DNA from: the human T2T-CHM13v2.0 reference genome, Homo sapiens
NCBI RefSeq assembly: GCF_009914755.1
Contig: NC_060936.1
Direction: 5' to 3' (one strand)
DNA length: 64,000 bases
The position numbers were made by a program, and so were the translations under genes. This document shows positions 19,520 through 32,966 of this stretch, piece after piece (position 1 is the stretch's first letter; every line of letters begins with the position of its first letter). The notes beneath the pieces are model-generated. The model was not told where the DNA came from. It worked only from the letters and a program-made list of their open reading frames with translations, and did no database searches.

Positions 19520-19961
19520 TGTAAACCCAGAAAGTCTGAGGTCTCAGTTAACTTAGAAAGTTTATTTTGCCAAGGTTGAGGATGCACCTGTGACCTAGCC
19601 TCAGGAAGTCCTGATGACATGTGCCCAAGGTGGTCGGGGCACAGCTTGGCTTTATACATTTTAGGGAGACATGAGATGCCAATCAATATATGTAAGAAGT
19701 ACATTGGTTCTGTCCAGAAAGGTGGGGGCAACTCGAAGCAGGGAGGGGGCTTCCAGGTCACAGGTAGGTGAGAGACAAATGGTTGCATTCTTTTGAGTTT
19801 CTAATGAGCCTTTCCAAAGGAGGCAATCAGATATGCATCTATCTCAGTGAGCAGACGGGTGACTTTGGATAGAATGGGAGGCAGGTTTGCCCTGAGCAGT
19901 TTCCAGCTTGACTTTTCCCTTTAGCTTAGTGATTTTGGGGGCCCAAGATTTTCCTTTCATA
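19520..19961 (-). mobile_element. MER4A-like ERV1 solo LTR
   Basis: Reverse complement begins t(a)tgaaaggaaaatcttgggcccccaaaatcactaagctaaagggaaaagtcaagctgg; 4-bp TSD ttat. Confidence 0.85.
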
Positions 19962-20009
19962 TTATAAAGCTGGAAAGTCACTTTCTCTTTTCTTCTTTTT
20001 TTTTTTTTT

Positions 20010-21230
20010 CAAATTGAGCTGAAATTCACATCACATAAAACTAACCATTTTAAAGTGGACAATTCAATGACATTTAGGACAGTTACAATGTTGTAACCAC
20101 CACCTGTACCTAGTTCCAGAACATTTTCATCACCCCAAAGGGAAACCCCATATCCATTGAGCAGTCACTCCCCATCCCCCCTCTTCCCAGCCCATGGCAA
20201 CCACCAATTTGCTTTCTGTCTCTATGGATTTACCTATTCTGGATATTTCACATGAATGGAGTCAGGCACTACGTGGCCTTTTATGTCTGGCTGCTTTTAC
20301 TCTGCATCGTTTTTGAGGTTCATCCATGTTGTAGCCTGTGTCAGTGAGAGAGGAGAAAAAGGAACCAGTCAGGCAGGCAGTTAGGGTGGGTCCTCGGTTG
20401 AATTCTTTCAAACCAAAGAACAGCCTGAAAAATCAAGCTGCAGGCACAGATGAGGGAACTTGCACAGGGGGACTTGCCTAAGATGCCCACAGCTGCACAG
20501 ATAAGATTACACAGGTGACTTGCCCAGACAGGCCCACAGTGGAAAATTCCATCCCCTGACACATGTGCAGTAAGGGGAGCGAAGCAATATGGAGTAACTC
20601 AAGCTAAGGGCCTGCGTGCGCATTAGGAGGACAGGGTGGAGCTGCCAGGAATTCATGCCTTATGCAAAGGAGGCACCCAGCCCTCATCGGTTTTGTATAA
20701 AAAAAAGTAGACTTTGCAGTCTACTGTAAAAACGGCAACCCTCTTTCAGGCCTGCTGTCTGCAGCAGAGAGCTTTCCTCTTTTGCTTATTAAACTTTAGC
20801 ATGAATGTCACCCTTGGTGTCCACATTCCTTAATTTTCACAAGACAAAGAACTGCAGATGATACCTCAAACAACGACAGACTGCTACATTGCGGTGCATT
20901 GGCAAGACGGTAACATTAGTGCTTCATTCATTTTGATAGCTGAATCATAGTCCACTCTGCAGAGATCACATTGATCACATTTTGTTTACCCACGTATCCT
21001 TTTAAAAAAATGTTTTCGTGGAAATGAGGTCTCACGATGTTGCCCAGCCTGGTCTCAAACTCCTGGCCTCAAGTAATCCTGCCCTGCTTGGCCTCCCAAA
21101 GCACTGGGATTACACGCGTGAGCCACCGCACCAGGCCTAACCATTTATCCATTGATGGGCATTTGAGTTGTTTCTACCTTTTGGCTTTTATGAATAAAGC
21201 TGCTATAAACCTTTATGTACACATCTTTTA
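20010..21230 (-). mobile_element. L1MB-like 3' fragment, interrupted by an LTR and a FLAM/Alu arm (21010-21137)
   Basis: tctgtctctatggatttacctattctggatatttcacat is typical antisense L1MB 3' UTR. Confidence 0.75.
20345..20915 (+). mobile_element. MER61/LTR9-like ERV1 solo LTR
   Basis: TG...CA termini, TSD tcag/ttag, starts tgagagaggagaaaaaggaaccagtcaggcaggcagttagggtgggtcc; TATA-like tataaaa near 20696. Confidence 0.75.
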
Positions 21231-21245
21231 GAGGAGTGAGTGATT

Positions 21246-21602
21246 TTTGAAACAAAGGGTCAAGAGGACCACTGTCTCCCCAGGAAACGTTTCCATGCTC
21301 TTTTCTTCCTGGCATCTTTACACACCAATTCTCTGCATTGCTTCCATGCACGGCCATTAACTGGATTACTGGGGATTCCTAAATAATGATGACGATGCCG
21401 TGAACCAGCCTCATATATGATCTTTGCTGCCTGCCACCACCATCCATGCCTAATAAAGTATTCCAGTGCTAATAAAGTGCCTACTTCCAGTGCCTAATAA
21501 AGTATTTCATCCATGCCTAATGGAGTGTTGCAGTGCTAGGAAGATGCTTGGAATGTCACAGAGGTGGGAATAGCTTAAAAGCAAGCAAATAATTATTGTT
21601 AG
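21246..21602 (+). repeat. Left arm of inverted duplication
   Basis: Hand alignment to reverse complement of 22925-23050 and 23271-23411, about 92% identity. Confidence 0.95.
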
Positions 21603-21759
21603 GCTTAAGTGAAACTCCGGGCTCGGCCACTTACTTGCTAGGTAGTAGCCTCAGGTGAGTCAGTGAACAACTTCTCCAAGCTGTTAATGGGTATTTGCAA
21701 ACCAAACACTAAAGATAACACCCACCTCCCAGCATTCCTGGGAGGGGCCAGTGAGGTGA

Positions 21760-22125
<366 letters not shown>

Positions 22126-22924
22126 TCTGATTTTTTAAAACAATGGTAGGTTTGGTGTTAGGCTCTGTGCATACTGATTCAGGGCTAGCCAGGAGATTTT
22201 GCAAACGTGATTTTGCAGTCTAGGATGTAGGACTGATTACAGGGTGATGTTGTTAGATATTTGGGAATTATTTGAGGTGTTCTGTGTCTTGAGAGTTCAA
22301 CTGTCCTTTTTTGGAGCAATGTAGCCGTATTTTTGCAAGGGGAAGAAGACAAAAGACTGGCTTGAGTTCTTGCTCATCTCTCTGGATCTTTCTCTCTGTC
22401 ATCTTTCTGGCTCTCTCCCTCTCTCTTTCAGACCCACTTCTGAATCAGGCTAAACTTTGTGTGACCCCATACTGCTTATATGTGACACCAGTCTTTTCTA
22501 AACACAGGCTGAATTCAAAATTTGTTACAGAAACACCCAGAACGTCTGCACGTGGTTATCTCTGAATTGAATCGAGCCAGGAATTTGGGCCCTTTTTTGT
22601 CTTAACCTTATCATTATTGGCACTCGATCAGACACAGACTGGCAAGGCAAAGCTTTGTCTGTCAAGGCGAAAGACCAAAGGGCTGGGAAAAGATGAATTT
22701 CACATGTTTTGCATTTAGAACAGGTAGTTTCCCTAGCCGGCAAAGAAGCTGAGTGTGAACTTGTTGGTGTGAGGACTCTTTGTTGGTGTGATGACAACTC
22801 TTAGGTGAGAATGTGTCAAGAAAGAAGCTGATAAAGGCAGAAGATGTTGGTTTTCCATCTAACAGTCATGTTCCCTTCTCCCATGTCTTACTTACTCTAC
22901 CAAGTAAGTGGCAGAGCCAGGAGT

Positions 22925-23411
22925 CTAACAATATTTGCTTGCTTTAAAGCGATTCCCACCTCCGTGACATTCCAAGCATCTTCCTAGCATTGGAATATTT
23001 TACTAGGCATGGATGGTGGTGGCAGGCAGCAAAGATCACGTAAGAGGCTGTTTCTTTCTTTCTTTTTTTTTTTTTTTCGAGACAGAGTTTTGCTCTTGTT
23101 GCCCAGGCTGGAGTGCAGTGGCGCGATCTCGGCTCACCGCAACCTCTACCTCCTGGGTTCAAGTGATCCTCCTGCCTCAGCTTCCTGAGTAGCTGGAATT
23201 ACAGGCGCATGCCACCATGCCCAGCTAATTTTATATTTTTATTTATATTTTAAATTTGATTTTATATTCCTTGTTTAGGAATCCCCAGTAATCCAGTTAA
23301 TGGCCGTGCATGGAGGCAATGAAGATAACTGGTGTGTAAAGATGCCAGGAAGAAAAGAGCATGGAACCATTTCCTGGAGAGATAGTGGTTTTCTTGACCC
23401 TTTGTTTCAAA
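22925..23411 (-). repeat. Right arm of inverted duplication, containing a half Alu (23051-23240)
   Basis: Reverse complement of 21246-21386 and 21406-21602. Confidence 0.95.
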
Positions 23412-23908
23412 TTTGGATTGGTTGAAATTGTTGACAAAAAAGCCAAACAGTAAAATGTTTAAAGAGGTTTATTCTGAGCTAGTATGAGTGACCATGGCCT
23501 GAGGAACAGTCTCGAGATCCTGAGAAAATGTGTCCTACGCGGACAGCTTGTAGCTTCGTCTTATACATTTTAGGGAGACAGAAGTTACAGGCAAAGACAT
23601 AAGTCAATACATGGAAGGTATATATTTATTTGCCCCAAAAAGGTGGGAATCTCAAAGTGGGGGGGAGGCTGGTTACAGGTCACAGGTGGATTAAAAGATT
23701 TTCTGACTGGCAATTGGTTGAAAAAGTTAAGCTTTGTCTGCAGACTTGAGGTAAATGCTTGAGTTAAGATAAGAGGGGTTGCAGAAGCCAAGGTTCTTGT
23801 TATGTAGATGAAACCTCCAGATGCAGCCTTAGGGAGAATATGGTAAATATCTCTTTTCAGACCTTAAAGGTGTCAAACTGTCATTTAATCTCTTCTACAT
23901 CTGGGTGA

Positions 23909-24293
<385 letters not shown>

Positions 24294-24383
24294 TCATTTC
24301 AAAATATGTCAAGAAATAGATTTTGGGGTAAACAATTTTGATTTCCCTCAGGGTCTGCTATCTGTCACGTGATGTTATATTAG

Positions 24384-24787
<404 letters not shown>

Positions 24788-24989
24788 TATGATCTCTATT
24801 TTAATGTTAATGCTGGTCAGCTGTGCCTAAACTCCAACACGGAGCGGGAATAATGAGGTGTATCTGACCTCCCTTCCTGTCATGGTTGGGAATTCATTTT
24901 TTCAGGTTTCCCTTGGCCCAGAGTGGGTCTGCTCAATTGGTTGGGGGTGCTTAGGATGTTATTTTTAGTTTCCAAAGCAAACATATGGT

Positions 24990-25390
24990 CCCACTCTGTT
25001 TGCCTGTTTTTGGCTTAGGTAGGAACATGTGACCCAGTTGCAGCCAATGAGATGTCAGGAGAAGTTGGCTGGGGGCTTCTGGGAAATGGTTCTTAGCTCC
25101 TAGAAAGAGATACAAGGAAGAGATGGCCGCCTTCTCACCTTGGGATGTTGCATGTGGATGTTTGCCTGGAGCTGTGGCAGCTGTGTTGATGCTGTGAAGA
25201 GAGACATGAAGATGGCAGTGAAGACAGAAAGAACTGGAGTCCTCGATGTCATAATTGAGCTGCAGAATTAACCACCCCTCGAGCTGCCCTACCTCTGAAT
25301 GCCTTGTAAAGGGAGAGGATAAATGTCTTTATCATTGAAGCACCTTTTGTTGTGTTTATTATTTGCAACCAAGCAGATCCTGACTGTTAG
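24990..25390 (+). mobile_element. Old MLT1 (J/K-like) LTR
   Basis: catgtgacccagttgcagccaatgagatgt...ttatttgcaaccaagcagatcctgact. Confidence 0.6.
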
Positions 25391-25825
25391 AATGCTTGAT
25401 GCTCCATTTCATGCAGCTACGAGAAAAGGGTGGGACAGCTGGTCAGCCAGCTGAGTCTAGGGAGAATCCTGTGCTTATTAACCCATTGCTGCCTGCCTCA
25501 TTGGCCTGTGCCTATAAAACGAGAGATGCTGCTTCCTTTTTAGGTCCACATCATGATAGCACACGCCTTCACCAGCCTCTGAAGGAAATGAGAATCTTTA
25601 CAACAATCCCGTGGGGAGTTTCGAGAGGGCCCCTTACAGAAACGGTGGAACAGGAAGCACTCAGTCTCTTTTCTTCAAAGCTTCTCATCTGAATGAGGCT
25701 GCTCTCTCCCTCTGCCTCATGTGTTAAATGGGGATAGCATTAGGGGAAGTTTGCATCTGTAGGCCATTTTGGAGGAGTGACCTAGTGACTGCAAAACGCT
25801 TAGAACAGTGCCTAGCACGTAATAA

Positions 25826-26223
<398 letters not shown>

Positions 26224-26867
26224 TAAATGGCACACAGTCTGCAATGCTTGAGGGATGTCCCCTAAGAGGACTAAAGAACTGACAAAGGAGAAGAAGGAAA
26301 TAATGGGACAGGAGGAAGCAACAGTGAGAAGAGGAGGGGAGTGGGCAGGAGGAAATAAGGACAGGAAGAAAAAGAGGCCAATGTAGGGGAGAGAGGGGCA
26401 GCTGGTCCCTGGAGCCGTCTATGTCCCTGGTTTGCAGAGAACATTCCCAAGGGAGTCGTGTTCCTGTTGCTCATTAATTCCCTGGTCAACTGGCCCCTTG
26501 TCGGGCTCTTGCCTGGAGCAGTTGAGTGTCCTCTAACTGGGAGCAGCTGAAACTTAAAGGGTTTTGCACCGTATGTTGTTTCCGGAGCTCCCTTTTTCCT
26601 GTGGCTTCTGTTTTTCTTATTAAATGCTGCTGCTGAATTTGCAGCTGAAAGAAAGACAGAAAGACTACTGAAGAAGGCCTTGCCGCCCTAAAAGCTTCAG
26701 TGGAGCAGTGGGTCTCCACGCTCGGAGGTGCTTTCTGGCTGTCCAGTTTACAAATGAACTGGCAAGGCAAGCTAGACCTTTCATCCAAGAATCCAGATTA
26801 ATGTTGCCTCCGAGTGTTTGAAGGAGCCACGAGGTCTGACTTACGCATGGCTCTTTCTTCCTGGCAG

Positions 26868-26942
26868 AACCTGATAGGTCTGTTTCTGTTGTTATATCTG
26901 GGGAGCTTCTCACCAGGAAGGGACAAGCTTGTAAAAAACTTG
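26868..26942 (+). ncRNA. Candidate exon A of an unidentified spliced transcript (may extend further 5')
   Basis: ctgac branch-like motif 26836-26840, pyrimidine tract, cag acceptor; donor TTG|GTGAGT at 26942/26943. Confidence 0.45.
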
Positions 26943-27388
26943 GTGAGTTTATGTCTGGTCGGCAGTCGCAGGAATACTGGACCAGTTGAGGGAGGTTCTG
27001 GGACCCCTACATCTTTCCACTGCTTCCTGAGCCAGAGAGTGTAAGGGGAGAGGAAAGAATTCGCTCTTCTCTGCTGAAGTCCGGAAGCTGTAATGGGGTA
27101 ACAGCCAGAACCAGGGGAGCCAGACTAGAGGCTTGGATTTTCTGCTTATGAGTGCACCCCCCAAACATCCAGAACTCCGTGGGCCTCCCAGGGTTGAAGC
27201 AACAAGCCACAGGTCCAGCACTTGGCTTTGGGACCCCCGGTCTCAGCAGTGGCTGTGTGTCCACCCATACGTTTGTTACTCAGCATCACTGTGGCCACTG
27301 CTGACTGATACTTATGAGGTGCTCAAAAGTCACTGACAAAGCAGCTGCCTGAGCTCACCTTGTCCTCATCACCTTTTCTCCTTTCCAG

Positions 27389-27585
27389 GCCGCACTTGGT
27401 GAGAGTCTTCACGGACCACAGTGTTGCACGAGGTGATTGTGTTTGCAGAGGTTTTTTTGTCCTTGAAGAGCACTTAGGGCTGGAGAGCAAGACACATGCT
27501 GACGAGCAGAAGCTGACAGGCTTGCTGCCATGTGGGAAAGTCCTTGGACGAGTTGTCTGCTTGCGGAGAGGTGTCTGCGGCTCAG
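27389..27585 (+). ncRNA. Candidate exon B of an unidentified spliced transcript
   Basis: Acceptor ccttttctcctttccag|G and donor CAG|GTAGGG; 197 bp of non-repeat sequence. Confidence 0.5.
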
Positions 27586-28384
27586 GTAGGGTGTCCCAGC
27601 TCGGTGGGTCTCTGGGTTCCAGAGTTCCAGAGTTTATTTGGTGAAACACAGCAGGGGTTATCACTGTGGCCCATGGCAGGGCTGAGCTGCCAACTTGATG
27701 CCCGTTGTTAGGAACAGATGTGAATTGTGTGTCTGGGTGAATAAGCCTCACTGTGGAGCCTCCATGCTGTAGAGAACTGGAGGAGCCAGGTTTGCAGAGT
27801 CTGTAAGGCGATCGTGTCTATGCGAGGAGAAATCCCTCACTCGGAGGGATTGCATTCCAAGAGGGCTGGGAAGTGAAGCCCAGTCTTCGTGACTTCTCTT
27901 TTCAGACCCAGGAAACATGGGTTCTGTGTTCCCTAAAAGTACCTGGTAGACCATTTATCATGTGAGACCTAGTTATTTGTCTACTATATGCCAGGCACTA
28001 GAAGTAAAATGATGATGAAGTCATGGACCCTGAGTTGAGAGAGCTTGATGGCTAATGAGAGAGGTGATTACAATACAGCATGACGAATGAGATAACAGGA
28101 ATAAGAGGAGGCTCATGCGGCCTAAGCATGATGGCTGGAGGGAGTCTTTTCCCAGGAGACAAGGGGGCCGTTGCAAGAGGAGGCCAGATGGGGAGGGGAG
28201 GGGCGTGGCGGGCAGAGGGAACAGCCCTGCTGAAGACAGGCAGGCTGGAGAAAACTCCATGTGCTGTGGACCTGGGAGTAATTAATTTCCCCTGAAAGCA
28301 GAGGGGGGCTGTTTTTCATGCTTATTTGTATTGTATATTTCATCTTTTGTAAAGTTCCCACTGTGTTTTAAAATTTCCCTTTGG

Positions 28385-28534
28385 GTTTTAAAAATGCCTG
28401 CACACATTCTTTGATACTCTTCCCTTCAAAGAAAGGAGTGTGGGTTGGATTTAACGGCCAGGTTCTAATGAATGAAGTTAAGTGGAAGTGCCTGTGTGTG
28501 ACTTTGGAGACTAGGCAGTGGGCAGTGAACTAAC

Positions 28535-28565
<31 letters not shown>

Positions 28566-28885
28566 GTCATTTGCCCTGGAGGAAGTGAGTTGCCATGTGG
28601 AGAGGTCCACATGGTGAGAGACTGAGACCTCCAGCCAACAACCAGGGAGGAGCTGAGGCTCTCACTAACAGCAGAAGGTGTGACCTTGGAGGCCCAGGCA
28701 GGCCTTTTAGTGGCCACAACCCTAGGTTACCTCCTGACTGCATGAGGCACCCTGAATTAGACCCTCCCTAGTTAAGCTGCTCCTGGATTCCTGACCTTCA
28801 GACAGTGTGAGATAATACGTGTTTGTTGTTTAAGCTGCTGAGTTTTGGGATAACTTGTTACGCAGCAGTAGGTAACTAATACACC
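28385..28885 (+). mobile_element. MLT1-family LTR
   Basis: gtttgttgtttaagctgctgagttttggga...gcagtaggtaactaataca 3' end. Confidence 0.75.
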
Positions 28886-29257
28886 AGTCCACATTCCCTG
28901 CTCACTTTGTTTGAGGGAGTGTTTGTCTTTAATTTATTTTTGGAAGTTCTTTATATATTAAATTATGAACCCTTGGTATATATATATGTTGTAAAAATTT
29001 TCCCATTGTAATCTTGTATATGCTTTAAAAAACATATATATGTATACTTTTTAAAAACCCAAATACCATTTATTATATTTTCTGCCTTTGGTGACATTTA
29101 GATATGTATTAGGTTGAAATTGCTAATATTCAATTGTTATTGACTGGCAAGAAATTAGACCTAATAGTCCCCACTACAAAATCATGTATATTTTTTCCCT
29201 GTATTTTTCTCTCCACACTTTTATGGTTTTATTTTGATATTAAAATTTAAGACCATT

Positions 29258-29787
29258 TGTTGCAGGACAGGTGAGCACCAAAACTGGGGCTTAGCCTGGG
29301 AGGATTCTTGGCTTTGCCCAAGAAAGAATTGAAGGGCGATCTGGTGGTGTTAGACAGCAATATTTTATTCAATGGTATTTCTCCTTGTGGAGCAGGGCTA
29401 ACTCATAGGTAGTGTGCCCAGAATCAGCAGCCTATGGGCTCCTGGAAACTGTGTTTATACCCACTTTCAATAACATGCAAATTAAGGGGCAGGTTAATGC
29501 AAATTGAGGGGTAGATTATTTAGAACTTTCTAGAAAGGAGCAGTAACTTCTGGGTCATTGTCATGGAAAGGAGTGATAACTTCTGGGTCATCGCCATGGC
29601 ATTTGTAAACTGTTACGGGGCTGGTGGGAGTGTCCTAGGTTAATGAGCACTGAGGGCAGCCAGGGATCACTTTCATAGCCATCCGCTTGTTCCTGCCTGT
29701 TTCTTTACTTTATTCTGTCTGAACCAGATTCTGTCTCAGTCAACAGGGTTGTGACCAGAAAATAAGTCCTGCTGGTTTCCTACCTCA
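29258..29787 (-). mobile_element. MER66-like ERV1 solo LTR
   Basis: TG...CA termini, TSD catt/cctt; reverse complement starts tgaggtaggaaaccagcaggacttattttctggtcacaacc. Confidence 0.7.
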
Positions 29788-30179
29788 CCTTGACTTGTCT
29801 TTGGCTTCTTCCTTCACTTGCTTCTTAAATGATGCTATCTCCCGACCATAATCTATTTCTATCCCCTCTTCATATTCTCCTTGAGCAACCGTGTGCAGCC
29901 CACACATCTGCTCCCTCCTGTGATGATGGCTCCAGCTTCACTTCCCAGCCTGGACACACTCTCCAGGGTGGGCTAGGCATCTCCACTTGGGTGCCGGGAG
30001 ACATTGTAAATTCCACATCTCACCCTCAAAAATGTTCTCACATTCCCATTTCTTAGCAAACAGCATCCCTAGACATGCAGATCCCAAATCCAAAAATCCT
30101 ACACCCAGTCTTTCACCAGCTGTCACAGGCCACCAATTAACTCTTCTCTGAAGTGTCCCCAGCACCCTGACTCCCCTAT

Positions 30180-30571
30180 CTGTCAACATGACCACTTCCC
30201 AAGTTGAATTCTTCCATGTTTTTCTCCAGAACAACAGCCAAGGCATCCTAAGAGGTCTTCCTGCCTCAGTTCTGATTCATATGGAGTGATCTTTCTAGAC
30301 CCCCAAATGGATGCTGTTAACTCTACATCATTCCATGGTTTCACATTCCTGGCAGGACAATCTCCAAGGTTCCTGGCTTCCCATAAAGGCACAGCCCCCC
30401 TGAAGCCAACCATATTGGCCTCCTTTTGGTTTCCCAAATGTACCACACTCCTCCTGGCCTTGGTGTTTGTCACACAGTCCTCTCTTCTGGGAGTCCCTTC
30501 CCCTTCTCTGCCTGTCAACATGGCCACTTCCCAGGTTAAATTCTACCACATTTTTCTCCAGAACAACAGCC
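30180..30571. repeat. Dispersed 60-bp direct repeat (30180-30239 and 30512-30571)
   Basis: 54/60 identical by hand alignment, in L2-like sequence. Confidence 0.9.
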
Positions 30572-30879
30572 TTCAAAACTCAGCAGGAGCATCCTCTCCT
30601 CCTGCAATGCCAAGCCAACACTTCTCTGCTTCCACAACCTGCCCCCACTCCTCCATTACAGCATTCACATCTCATGGGACTGGCTGGCCACGTGTCTGGC
30701 TCCTCTCGGAGCTGCAGCTTCGCTGAAAGCTGGGAAAGGGTTATGTTCTGCAGATGCCTCTTTCATGAATTATGGAGCAAGTAAGCACTGGGAGGCTGCC
30801 AAGCGGGGTTCTCATTTCTGCTGCGTGACGTTGTGCAAGTCACTTCTCAGGGTCTCAACACATTTCACAAAGTTCCATG

Positions 30880-31182
<303 letters not shown>

Positions 31183-31652
31183 CTAACTTCCATGTTATTA
31201 AGGAAAAAAAGGTAGAAATAAAAAACATGCCTAAAGAATAAAACAAAAGGCAAAAAAATTTCTGTTGTTTCCCCTGCCCCAACACATACAGCCTAAATAC
31301 TTCCTTTCTCATATGAGGAAATCCTATGTAAAAGGACCAGATTAGTTTTCAGTTATTTGAAACATCTGTTGAACTAAGGAATTTTGTACCAGCGAAGCAA
31401 TGGTGGTGAGGGAGGGAGGATTTGGGAGTTGCCTCGTTCTCTAGACAAGTTGGGGGAGAGAATGAGGTTTGGCCTTGGGTAGAGTGCTGTGGATTTGTTG
31501 GGGGAATGCAGCTTAGGAAAGGTGAGTAAAGCCACAGAGCAGGTGAGTATGACCCCAACAGATGGGATGGTTAGGAATGGGAGGCTAGGGACAGCTGCAC
31601 TATCTTCTAAATAAATGTCCCTCAACCTGGGGAACATGACTATGTGTTAGAG

Positions 31653-32107
31653 CAGTGGTCCCCAACCTTTTTAGCACCAGGGACCGGTTTTGTGGAAGAC
31701 AATTTTTTCACAGACTGGGCTGGAGGGCGCAGGAATGGTTTCGGCATGATTTAAGTGCATTACATGTGCTGTGCACTTATTTCTATTATTATTACATACC
31801 CATTATAATGTAGAATCAGTGGGAGTCCTGAGCTTGTATCCCCGCAACTAGATGGTCCCATCTGGGGGCGACAAGAGACAGTGACAGACCATCAGGCATT
31901 AGATTCTCATAAGGAGCACAGAACCTAGATCCTTCGCTGTGCAGTTCACAATAGGGTTCTCACTCCTATGAGAACCTCACGCTGCTGCTGATCCGACAGG
32001 AGGTGGAGCTAAGCTTTGCTTGCTCACCTGCAGCTTACCTCTTGCTGTGTGGCCTGGTTCCTAATAGGACTGATACCCATCTGTGGCCCAGGGGTTGGGG
32101 ACCCCTG
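31653..32107. mobile_element. MER1A hAT-Charlie DNA transposon
   Basis: TIRs cagtggtccccaacc / ggttggggacccctg; perfect 8-bp TSD tgttagag. Confidence 0.9.
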
Positions 32108-32966
32108 TGTTAGAGAGTCTGAAAGCTCTCTCTGAGAATGTTTTAATCTCGTCTCCATTTCAATGAGTTTCAGTTCTCTCTTGTGACTTAAAACCCAACA
32201 ATGTCTATTTCTCACCATCGTGGGCTCAGCTGTATGGCTCTTCTGTTCCCCGTGGTGTATGCTGTGTCTAGAATGTCCAAGATGGCAGCTGGCCCTTTAG
32301 CTGGGATGAATGGCAAGTTGGGACCTGGACGGTCATCTCTCTCTCCTTATTGCTACCTTAGGCTTTGTTGTAGCACTGTGTTCTCAGAGTAGCTCAAACT
32401 TCTCACATGGTGGCTGCCTCCAAGAGAAGGGACATGGAAGCTGCCAGTCCTCTCAAAGGCCAGGCCCGGAATTCACACAGCCTCACTTCTGCCAGTTTTA
32501 TTGGTCAAAACCAGTCCCAGGCCCGCCCAGATGGGGGGTGCTGCACACATCTTGTGGGGGAGGCGTTGATGGCAGCTGTCTTTGGAGACACTCTACCTCA
32601 CAATGACAATATTCCCAATCACTTGGTTGAGTGCTTTGTAACCGAGGACATGTGACTTTGGTGTCCACGACTGCCTTTTCATTTATGATGATATTTGAAC
32701 CAACTACCACTACTTTAATTGCTCTGGATGTTAAGCAAAGAACAGAGGTTGACTTACTGTGCCAATGGCCATCCCTGCCCAGTGAGGCCTGAATGGCTGT
32801 GGCACATGGTGCCAATGTGGTTTCCTACTCCTCTGGTGGACTTAGCTCCCCACAGTGGGGTCCAGAGGCCAGCACCTTATTTGAGCTGTGAGAAGTGACT
32901 CCATTCCAGGACAATGGCATCAACTACCACATTATATCACTGTTTTTTAAATTTAAAAAAAATTTT

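Noticed and set aside
21445-21537. CRISPR-like repeat-spacer pattern
   Set aside because: Irregular shuffled copies, no unique spacers, no cas genes, eukaryotic context
29533-29600. ~33-bp tandem repeat (gaaaggag...aacttctgggtcat) inside the LTR
   Set aside because: Probably an internal feature of the LTR family rather than locus-specific
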